Origin: Candidatus Hydrogenedentota bacterium
Lineage (GTDB): Bacteria; Hydrogenedentota; Hydrogenedentia; Hydrogenedentales; SLHB01
NCBI GenBank assembly: GCA_045863335.1
Contig: BTVY01000028.1
Location: 34,009-98,008 of the forward strand
Direction of reading: 5' to 3'
Length of the DNA: 64,000 bases
This document shows positions 48,363-56,155 of the stretch, one piece after another. A program made the position numbers and the translations under genes. The notes beneath the pieces were generated by a model that worked only from the letters and a program-made list of their open reading frames with translations, was not told where the DNA came from and ran no database searches. Numbering within the stretch: position 1 is the first letter of the stretch; each line of letters opens with the position of its first letter.

Positions 48363-48584
48363 ACATCCCCCTTGGTCCCCCTTCGAAGGGGGAATTTGCT
48401 TAAGGACGCCGCCTGTGCATCCGCATCGCACGCGTCCACGACAAAGGCCCCATACTGGCCTCCGCGCAACGCGAAGCGTTGCGCCAGAGTTTCCCCAAAA
48501 TCAAATGGACGCAACACGACTTCGTAAATCCAAAAAACCAGAGCTCGACGCACTCCCCCTTCGAAGGGGGATCAAGGGGGATGT
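48363..48584. repeat. REP doublet, family D
   Basis: Copies at 48363-48397 and inverted at 48552-48584, between ribBA and ribH. Confidence 0.85.
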
Positions 48585-48631
48585 CTCTTCAACGTCACCG
48601 CATAACGCTGCCGTCGTCATGTCCGTCCCCC

Positions 48632-49825
48632 TCACGCGAACAGATGCCCCATCTTCTCCTTCTTCGTTTGGAGATACCGTTCGTTGCGCGCGTTCGGCGG
48701 AATCACCAGCGGAACGCGATCCGTCACGATAAGCCCGTGCGCTTCGAGTCCCACGCGTTTGCTCGGATTGTTGGTTATGAGCCGCATCCGTTTCACGCCG
48801 AGGTCCGTCAAGATCTGCGCGCCGATGCCATACTCCCGCGGGTCGGGCAGGAACCCGAGGTGTTCGTTCGCCTCAACGGTGTCGAGCCCGCGGTCCTGCA
48901 ACTCGTACGCGCGGATCTTGTTTACCAACCCGATCCCGCGGCCTTCCTGCCGCATGTACAACAGGACCCCCTGCCCCTCTTCAGCGATCATCCGCAGGGA
49001 CTCGTGCAACTGGTCCCCGCAATCGCAGCGGTGCGACCCGAACACGTCGCCCGTCAGGCATTCGGAATGCACCCGCACCAGAATGTCGTCGTCAGGGCCA
49101 AAGTCCCCGTGCACCATCGCGAGATGGTGGTAATCGTCGATCTCCGTTTCGTACGCCACCAGCCGGAATTCGCCAAAGTCCGTCGGGATGCTTGTCTCGG
49201 CCACGCGGTCCACCAGCTTCTCGTGACGCCGCCGGTACTCGATGATGCTCGCCACGGAACAAATCTTCAGCCGATGCTTCTCCGCGAACCGGGTCAGCTC
49301 CGGCAACCGCGCCATGGTCCCGTCCTCGCTCATGACTTCGCACAGCACCGCCGACGGATTCAGCCCCGCCAAACGCGCGAGGTCGAGCGACCCTTCCGTC
49401 TGCCCCGCACGCACCAGGCAACCGCCTTCGCGCGCGCACAAGGTGTGCACGTGACCCGGCTGGACGATGTCCTTGGCCGTCGTCTTCGGGTCCACGGCGA
49501 CGCGGATTGTGTGGGCCCGGTCTGCCGCGCTCACGCCCGTGGTCACGCCTTCGGCCGCCTCGATGGGCGTGTGGAAGGCCGTGCCGAACCGCGATCGGTT
49601 CTCCCGCGCCACTGGCTGCAAGCCCAGGTGGTCCATGCGATCCTGCGTCATGACCAGACAAACCAGTCCCCGGCCGTGGGTCACCATGAAGTTGATCATC
49701 TCCGGGGTCGTCTTCTCCGCCGCGCACACAAGGTCGCCCTCGTTTTCGCGGTCCTCATCATCGACCAGGATGATCATCCGGCCCGCCCGAAGCTCCTCAA
49801 AAATCTCCTCTACCGGGGCAAACAT
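48632..49825 (-). CDS. ribBA: Bifunctional DHBP synthase / GTP cyclohydrolase II
   Basis: DDEDRENEGD, TTGVSAADR, RVHSECLTGDVFGSHRCDCG, QEGRGIGL, TNNP.K. Confidence 0.97.
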   Translation of the reverse strand: MFAPVEEIFEELRAGRMIILVDDEDRENEGDLVCAAEKTTPEMINFMVTHGRGLVCLVMTQDRMDHLGLQPVARENRSRFGTAFHTPIEAAEGVTTGVSAADRAHTIRVAVDPKTTAKDIVQPGHVHTLCAREGGCLVRAGQTEGSLDLARLAGLNPSAVLCEVMSEDGTMARLPELTRFAEKHRLKICSVASIIEYRRRHEKLVDRVAETSIPTDFGEFRLVAYETEIDDYHHLAMVHGDFGPDDDILVRVHSECLTGDVFGSHRCDCGDQLHESLRMIAEEGQGVLLYMRQEGRGIGLVNKIRAYELQDRGLDTVEANEHLGFLPDPREYGIGAQILTDLGVKRMRLITNNPSKRVGLEAHGLIVTDRVPLVIPPNARNERYLQTKKEKMGHLFA

Positions 49826-49894
49826 TTCCTAACTCCTATCTGTCGTGCGCGAAGCGGCACAGCGCCGCCGCAACACGACATCGCAATCGAGACC

Positions 49895-50064
49895 GAAGAA
49901 CATCCCCCTTAATCCCCCTTCAAAGGGGGAGTTTCTCGCAACGCGTTGCGTTGCGAGAAGTGCAAGTATCGAAGGACGCAAATAGGCGAGATAACAACCC
50001 ACGGCCAATCGATCCAGGTAGGGAAGATTCCCCCTTCGAAGGGGGATCAAGGGGGATGTTCTTC
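49895..50064. repeat. REP doublet, family D
   Basis: Copies at 49895-49934 and inverted at 50027-50064, between ribE and ribBA. Confidence 0.85.
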
Positions 50065-50100
50065 CCAGATTGCAAGTCATATCGGATTTACTTATAACCA

Positions 50101-50727
50101 TTACGCAAACCCATGCTTCTTTAGTTTTTCCAAGGTAAGCCCGCCGCGCGACATTTGTTTTATGTAATGAAAAATATGCTTTCCGAGCATGTCCGCTTCC
50201 ATGTTGACCGGATCGCCGGGTCTTCTTGTCGAAAGCGTTGTCTTCTCAATAGTCGTAGGGATGATCGCCACTCCAAACGTATCCCCATGCGGCTCCACAA
50301 TGGTCAGGCTGATGCCGTCCACCGCGATGGAACCTTTCGGGACCAAATGCCGCGCGACTTCCGTGGGCGCCTGGAACCGCCACAAGGAAAACTCGCCCTG
50401 GGGCTGCACCGAATGCACCCGCCCCACGCCGTCCACGTGCCCCTGCACGAAGTGGCCCCCCATGCGGTCGCCATAGGCCAGCGCGCGCTCCAGGTTCACT
50501 GCATCCCCCGCCTTCAGACCGCCCAGCGTCGTGCGGTCGAGCGTCTCCGGCGACATCTGCACGACGAAACTCTCCGCATCGAAGGAAACGACGGTCAGGC
50601 ACACGCCGTTGATGGCGATGCTGTCGCCTTCCTTCACGCCGTCGATCACCGTCCGCGCCAGGATGGTCATGTCCGCCCCGGAGCGCCGGGAAACCGCGCC
50701 TACTTCTTCGATGATACCGGTAAACAT
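50101..50727 (-). CDS. ribE: Riboflavin synthase (alpha chain)
   Basis: MFTGIIEE, GDSIAINGVCLTV, VNLERA, GGHFVQGHVD, KGSIAVDGISLT. Confidence 0.97.
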   Translation of the reverse strand: MFTGIIEEVGAVSRRSGADMTILARTVIDGVKEGDSIAINGVCLTVVSFDAESFVVQMSPETLDRTTLGGLKAGDAVNLERALAYGDRMGGHFVQGHVDGVGRVHSVQPQGEFSLWRFQAPTEVARHLVPKGSIAVDGISLTIVEPHGDTFGVAIIPTTIEKTTLSTRRPGDPVNMEADMLGKHIFHYIKQMSRGGLTLEKLKKHGFA

Positions 50728-50797
50728 AGGTCAGTTCGCCCTAGTGTCCTGAACCCCAAGTTCCTTCTCAAAGATCTTGTGTGACTTGTTGCTCAAA

Positions 50798-50831
50798 GTC
50801 CCCCTTTGAAGGGGGATTTAGGGGGATGTTC
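50798..50831. repeat. Single REP copy, family D
   Basis: GTCCCCCTTTGAAGGGGGATTTAGGGGGATGTTC between ribD and ribE. Confidence 0.8.
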
Positions 50832-50879
50832 CCTCAGATACCCGATTGAAATCATTGAACGAATCTCGAAATCACTACA

Positions 50880-52007
50880 CTACACATCAGGAACAATATT
50901 CTTTACATAAGCCTCAACCAGAATGTCCTCGCCCACAGGACGAGCCGTCATCCGTTCGAGGTGGATAACATCCAGCAAACGCTTCGCACCCTCCCCTTCT
51001 ACGGCCGTCACGGCGTCGTGACCACCGATGATCTTCGGGGCGATAAAGAACATCACTTTGTCAACGATTCCAGACTCAAATGCCGAAGCCAGTGTAGTCC
51101 CGCCGCCTTCGATCAGCACGGACACGATCTCCCGCGCGGCAAGCTCTTTCATGAGCAGCGCGAGATCCAATCCACCTTTCCCGGCGGGAATGCGCAGGAC
51201 TTCGTCGGCGCCCTCAAAGTTGCGGTCATCCGGCACAGCCACCCACGTGGGCGCGCCGCTGTCGATCTTGAACACCCGCCGATCCCCATCGAGATACTCC
51301 GCCGCGTCGACGATAACCCGGACCGGATCCTTCGCGGTTTCCGATTCCAGCCGGGTCGTCAGGCTGGGGTCGTCCATCATGACGGTGCGGCTGCCCACGA
51401 GAATGGCGTCCACCTCGTTGCGCAGTTCGTGGACCATGCGGCGGGCCACCTCGCCCGTGATCCATTTGGAATCGCCCGTGCGGGTCGCGATCTTGCCATC
51501 GAGGGACATGCCGCACTTGGCGATGACGAAGGGCATCCCGCGGGTGATGTATTTGAAGAAGGCTTCGTTCAGTTGCCGGGCTTCGTCTTCGAGTACGCCC
51601 ACGTCGACGGTAATGCCCGCCTGTCGCAATGCGAAAATGCCTTCTCCGCAGACCTTTGGATTGGGATCGTGCAGCGCCACAACGATACGCGCGGGTTTGT
51701 GCTCGATGAGGAATTCCGTACAGGGCGCCGTCCGCCCTTGGTGGCAGCAGGGTTCCAGGGAGACGTAAATGGTGCTCCCCGCGACGTCGTCCCCCGCCGC
51801 GTGGATGGCATTGATCTCGGCATGGGGACCGCCCGCGCGCTCGTGGTAGCCCTCGCCGATCACCTGCCCGTCGCGCACCACGACACACCCCACGACCGGG
51901 TTCGGGCTCGTGCGCCCTTTCCCCTTCGCGGCGAGTTCCAGGGCGCGGCGCATGAACGTCACGTCCTGCTGGGTCGGCTCCGCGGCCGGTACTGCGTGGT
52001 TCGACAT
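50880..52007 (-). CDS. ribD: Bifunctional diaminohydroxyphosphoribosylaminopyrimidine deaminase / reductase
   Basis: TSPNPVVG, HAE, LEPCCH.GRT.PC, SLDGKIA, SKWIT, IEGG; start set at ATG 52007 (51953 is also possible). Confidence 0.96.
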   Translation of the reverse strand: MSNHAVPAAEPTQQDVTFMRRALELAAKGKGRTSPNPVVGCVVVRDGQVIGEGYHERAGGPHAEINAIHAAGDDVAGSTIYVSLEPCCHQGRTAPCTEFLIEHKPARIVVALHDPNPKVCGEGIFALRQAGITVDVGVLEDEARQLNEAFFKYITRGMPFVIAKCGMSLDGKIATRTGDSKWITGEVARRMVHELRNEVDAILVGSRTVMMDDPSLTTRLESETAKDPVRVIVDAAEYLDGDRRVFKIDSGAPTWVAVPDDRNFEGADEVLRIPAGKGGLDLALLMKELAAREIVSVLIEGGGTTLASAFESGIVDKVMFFIAPKIIGGHDAVTAVEGEGAKRLLDVIHLERMTARPVGEDILVEAYVKNIVPDV

Positions 52008-52043
52008 AAAAATATCCCGACAGGCGTACTGCACCTTCGGGAC
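52008..52043 (-). terminator. Riboswitch expression-platform hairpin (terminator or sequestrator)
   Basis: Minus strand GTCCCGA-AGGTG-CAGTA-CGCCT-G-TCGGGAT followed by ATTTTT, directly before the ribD ATG. Confidence 0.55.
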
Positions 52044-52110
52044 GTACCGACGAACCCCTCGCCCCGGATGCACCCCTTCCTCGGGCACACCGCACGCGTA
52101 CGGGTACGCC

Positions 52111-52227
52111 GCACCTTCTCCCATCCGGACTGTAACCGTCGGCACCGGGATTTCACCGGTTCCTGCGCGTATCCGCGCTCGCGGGCTCTAACCGCCGATC
52201 GGGAATTTCACCCTGCCCCGAAGGTGC
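52111..52227 (-). ncRNA. FMN riboswitch (RFN element)
   Basis: Minus strand CTTCGGGGCAGGGTGAAATTCCCGATCGGCGGT..AGCCCGCGAG..GGTGAAATCCCGGTGCCGACGGT.ACAGTCCGGATGGGAGAAG matches the canonical RFN consensus; located upstream of ribD. Confidence 0.96.
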
Positions 52228-52251
52228 TCTCGTTAATACTGCTCTAACCTA

Positions 52252-52280
52252 ATGATAGCCAATAGGGATTTCGATGTCAA
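52252..52280 (-). promoter_or_regulatory. Promoter of the rib operon
   Basis: Minus strand TTGACA-17 nt-TATCAT, just upstream of the riboswitch. Confidence 0.75.
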
Positions 52281-52394
52281 CGCGACTTCCGCCCGGCTGG
52301 GGCCTGTGTCTTGGATGTAGGTTTATATGGGATCGCGCAATTCGCGTAATGAATTGTGGATATTCATCTACAATCGCCCATTGCGTCTGTGAAT

Positions 52395-52470
52395 TGACCA
52401 CAATAGAAAGCAGAGAACGCAAGAGTAACTGTTCTCTCCTTTTGGCGTTCTATGCGTTCTTTTGTGGCCA
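52395..52470. repeat. Purine-rich imperfect inverted repeat (CCACAAAAGAACGCA type)
   Basis: TGACCACAATAGAAAGCAGAGAACGCAAGAG versus the reverse complement of the right arm, TGGCCACAAAAGAACGCATAGAACGCCAAAAG; 9-nt internal periodicity. Confidence 0.65.
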
Positions 52471-52546
52471 CTACATTTCTTCCCTTTGCAGTGGACGGAG
52501 AATTCTTCTTAACGAGCGGGCCTTCGCCCTCTGGCCACATGCCTTT

Positions 52547-52593
52547 GGTATCGCATTTCCCAAATCTGAGATCTCAGATTCGAAATCGATACC
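52547..52593. repeat. Palindrome with heptamer periodicity
   Basis: Perfect 18-bp palindrome AATCTGAGATCTCAGATT (52563-52580) flanked by GGTATCG / CGATACC. Confidence 0.6.
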
Positions 52594-52674
52594 GGTTCTC
52601 AGATCGCGATCACCGTTGCGGCTGACAGCGTCTCCATGCTGGAACCGGCAGACCCAGCCCTAATTTCCGCCCGG

Positions 52675-54147
52675 CTACAACACGTACCCCAGGTTTTCCA
52701 GTTCCTGGCGGGTTTCGGGGTCGATTTCGCTTTCCATCCGCTGATCCGTGGCATCATCGAACTTCCAGGAGTACTTAACCATGAACTCGTCAATCAGTTT
52801 CTGCATCTCCGCAACCGCCTCCGGCGATTCTGCGGCGATCTCCTTTTGCTCGTATGGGTCCACGGAAACCTGGTAGAGTTCGACCTCCTTGATTGGCATA
52901 CCGTTGCGTTCGGCCAACTCCTCATCGCCGACCCCTTCCAACCGCCGGTTGTTGACCTTTGGCGGGTGAAAATTCGAGGGGTTGAGGATGTACCGGTATT
53001 CCTCCGTGCGAACGAAGATTATCTTGTCCCGCCATTCCCCAAAGGCCGGACCAAGCTTCAAAGGTTCGTCTCGTAGCAGGGGTTCCGCGCTCTTCCCCTG
53101 GTAGCTTTCCGGAATCGGGACATCGAGAATGTCGAGAACCGTGGGCGCCACGTCAATCAGTCCGGAAAGTTCGCTGACGGTCTTCCCTCCGGGAACCGTG
53201 CCCGGCAGCCGGTAGATCAGCGGCACCCGCAGTGTCCCCTCGTAGACCGATGCTTGGTGGTGGAGGAATCCGTAGTGCTCGTATAACTCTTCTCCGTGAT
53301 CCGAGGTGATGATGATCAGGGTGTTGTCGTAGATGCCGAGTTCCTGCAAGGTCTCAACAAGGATTCCAACCATGGCATCCGTTAGATTCACCTCGCCGTC
53401 GTACAACCCAATCAGATGATCCAAGTCGGGCTTGCTGATAGGCTCCGGACGGAGCATGGCTTCCGCCATCGTATCCTGATCCCCGGTCATGGACCCGGCG
53501 TAATTGGGATCGACAAACTTGTTGTTGTCGTCGGGCGGTTCCCACGGGCTATGTGGCGCCATGTAATGCATCCAAAGGAAGAACTTCTTGTCGCGATTCT
53601 CGCGCAGCCAAAGGCGAGCGTTTGCCGTCGCAATCTTGTCAGAGGGCTCGCCATTAATCACCTGTTTCTTCGCAAACCCCTCCCAATTCTGTACCCCCGC
53701 ATTGGTCAAGATTGCTTCGCAGGTATAGCCCTGGCTCGTTAGGACTTCGGCAAGTGTATCCGGTGTATTGTCAACCCGGAGACCGTTATTTCGGACGCCA
53801 TGAGTGACCGGATAGAGGGACGTTTGAAGGGTTGTCAACGACGGCCATGTGGAACTCTTTGGCGCGTAAACCCACTCAAAGACCGTTCCGTCCGCCGCGA
53901 TGGCATCGATATATGGCGACGTGTCCTTCTCGTACCCGTAACACCCGAGATGGTCGGCGCGAAGTGTGTCGATCGAAATTAATAGAACGTTTGTATGTTC
54001 GATCTCCGCTCTTGCTTTGGGGGACTTCCCGGCAGCCTCGCCTGGATCCGAAGCGGTATCGGACCCGCCACAGCCCGCCACGCCAAGCACGGGCAGTATG
54101 ACAACCAGGACTCCTGCGAGCCGCGACAAACTAACTCCACGATACAT
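52675..54147 (-). CDS. Sulfatase-like lipoprotein of the alkaline phosphatase superfamily (Thr at the nucleophile position)
   Basis: Lipobox VAGC; ISIDTLRADH, STWPSL.T..TSLYP, HYMAPH, YDGE, TSDHGE, HQ, RVPL, C-terminal LENLGY. Confidence 0.85.
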   Translation of the reverse strand: MYRGVSLSRLAGVLVVILPVLGVAGCGGSDTASDPGEAAGKSPKARAEIEHTNVLLISIDTLRADHLGCYGYEKDTSPYIDAIAADGTVFEWVYAPKSSTWPSLTTLQTSLYPVTHGVRNNGLRVDNTPDTLAEVLTSQGYTCEAILTNAGVQNWEGFAKKQVINGEPSDKIATANARLWLRENRDKKFFLWMHYMAPHSPWEPPDDNNKFVDPNYAGSMTGDQDTMAEAMLRPEPISKPDLDHLIGLYDGEVNLTDAMVGILVETLQELGIYDNTLIIITSDHGEELYEHYGFLHHQASVYEGTLRVPLIYRLPGTVPGGKTVSELSGLIDVAPTVLDILDVPIPESYQGKSAEPLLRDEPLKLGPAFGEWRDKIIFVRTEEYRYILNPSNFHPPKVNNRRLEGVGDEELAERNGMPIKEVELYQVSVDPYEQKEIAAESPEAVAEMQKLIDEFMVKYSWKFDDATDQRMESEIDPETRQELENLGYVL

Positions 54148-54272
54148 CTTCAATTACTCCTTGCAACGTCCGTTCAGGCGTACGACATTCAGCAAAGGAT
54201 TCTGCCACAGTACGAAGCCACACGCAACGCCAACGCGGAATCGATAGTTGGTATGACCAATACCTGCTCGCC

Positions 54273-55931
54273 TCACTTTTTTTTGGCTCGCTCCGCTTCG
54301 CGAAACGCTGGACGAGCACCGGCATCTTCCACCACACTGATCGTCAGTCCCCCGGCCCGCAACAAATCCCGAGGCGCGATTCGGCGCAATCTTCGACGCG
54401 CCTCGGGTATGGAACTCCCATTGCCCCGAATAACCACGTAAGTTGTGCCGTTCTCCGCGTTGTCGCGCAGTTCCAGAATGTCGTCGACGGTGCTCGCAGA
54501 CCGGAACTGCAGCGTATCGAAAACCGACTCGTCTTCGCTGGACTCGTTAGAATCCAGTTCCCTACGGAGATAAAAATCCAATGGCCAACTGGAAACCGGA
54601 AATACGTGATCCTCGAGTGGCAGGTCCGCCGTGCGCTTGGCCGCCGTTCGTGCGTAAGCGATGGTGTCGCCAGGTTGGAGACGCTGCGCCAGAAACTGTG
54701 CCGCAGCACGCCAGTCGTTGCGTGGTCCGGCACGGAAGAGATCGCGCACGGCAACAATGTGAATCAACGAAACGAATCCGGCTAATCCGATTGCGACAAG
54801 CGCCACGGCGCCCAAACGAAGTCGGCGTGCATTGGGTTCCCGTGCGGCAGTGCTTTTCACCACACGGCCGGCATACTCGGCCAAAACCACAAGCCCTAAT
54901 GCCATTAGCAAATGGTAAAACGGGTATACGCTGCAGAAATAGCGTTCCACGAACCAGTGCGAGACGGTGACCATGAAGAAAGGAATGGGAACCACGATAA
55001 ACTGCGCCGCAATGAGACCGAACAGAAGTGGTTGCGTTCGACAAAGCGCAAGCGCACCTACCGCGAAGATGCTTGCGCAGACCACCTTCGGAATCGCGCT
55101 CCGCCCGGGCATAAACTCGACAAGGTACCCCCAGTATTCGCTTACTTTCAATCGGTATACCGGGCGCGTCAGGCCGGGTGCGCGCTCGTAGTATCCGGCA
55201 CTTCCATCGTCAGATTCTTCGTCGAGAAGTTGATCGTCCGATTCCTCAACGAAGTCTGGCACGCTGCCTCTGGCTACCGCACTCGCCGCGAATCCCGACA
55301 TGCAAAGTGTGCCCACTAAACCCAGGCATGCGATTCGCAGCACGGTCGCCCGAAGACTCTTTCGTGGCCCAGTCGCGAATGTGTACAACACGCCCATCCC
55401 CAAGAGAACCACGAGATAGGGGAATACCGTCAACTGGACGGACAGCCCCAGGTTCGCCGCAAATATGAATGATATCCATGCGGCGGGTCGGTTGCTGCTC
55501 AGCGCCCCCCAAATACTCCACGTCATCAGGATGCTGGCAAGCATGACAATCGCGTAAAAGCGCGCTTCCTGACTTCGCTCCACGTGATACGCCGAAAGCG
55601 TCAGAAAAAGCGCCGCCAACAATCCAACCCAAGGGCCACTCGCACGCCTCGCCAGCCCGAAGAGCGCCAGAACCCCTAAACATCCGCCAACGACACTCGG
55701 CAGGCGAAGCATCGCCTCGGAATCCCCCAACTTCAGCGTAAAGTGGGACAAGACGTAGTAGAGGAAGTGTGGGCGATAGGTGAAGACTTCTTGCAGGGGA
55801 AGCCGCGCGCCAACGTATGTAGCAATCTCGTCGTTCCAGAAACTCGCGTCAAGACGGACAACACGAAGGAGCACCGCGACGACGAGAACAACCGCGAGGG
55901 CTAGAATTTCAACAGCAATGCGCTTCTTCAC
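54273..55931 (-). CDS. GT-C fold membrane glycosyltransferase (GT39/PMT-like)
   Basis: SFWNDE, LRLPSV, SQEARFYA, ERYF, NDWRAAAQFL; multiple TM helices. Confidence 0.8.
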   Translation of the reverse strand: MKKRIAVEILALAVVLVVAVLLRVVRLDASFWNDEIATYVGARLPLQEVFTYRPHFLYYVLSHFTLKLGDSEAMLRLPSVVGGCLGVLALFGLARRASGPWVGLLAALFLTLSAYHVERSQEARFYAIVMLASILMTWSIWGALSSNRPAAWISFIFAANLGLSVQLTVFPYLVVLLGMGVLYTFATGPRKSLRATVLRIACLGLVGTLCMSGFAASAVARGSVPDFVEESDDQLLDEESDDGSAGYYERAPGLTRPVYRLKVSEYWGYLVEFMPGRSAIPKVVCASIFAVGALALCRTQPLLFGLIAAQFIVVPIPFFMVTVSHWFVERYFCSVYPFYHLLMALGLVVLAEYAGRVVKSTAAREPNARRLRLGAVALVAIGLAGFVSLIHIVAVRDLFRAGPRNDWRAAAQFLAQRLQPGDTIAYARTAAKRTADLPLEDHVFPVSSWPLDFYLRRELDSNESSEDESVFDTLQFRSASTVDDILELRDNAENGTTYVVIRGNGSSIPEARRRLRRIAPRDLLRAGGLTISVVEDAGARPAFREAERAKKK

Positions 55932-56155
55932 GCCCGGTTCTCCATAGCACTTCGCAATCGCGGACGAAAGTCGAAGCGAATTCTCTCGGCAGCATCATCG
56001 GATTTGCCGATCGCCGTATACTCGGTTCAGTGGGTTTCCCCGTTGGCCGCTCGCATGCACGGACCGTTTCCGGTAAAATGCGGAGAACGTTGGCCACCCC
56101 CTTCGCACCAGCCGGTGGGATGCAACACCCAACCAATCGACAGGAAACCAAGCTA

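Noticed and set aside
47625-50831. Family D repeats as a CRISPR array
   Set aside because: Copies alternate in orientation, are separated by 91-154 nt or by whole genes, and no cas genes are present.
52008-52145. N-terminal extension of RibD to 52145
   Set aside because: Runs through the FMN riboswitch aptamer and expression platform.
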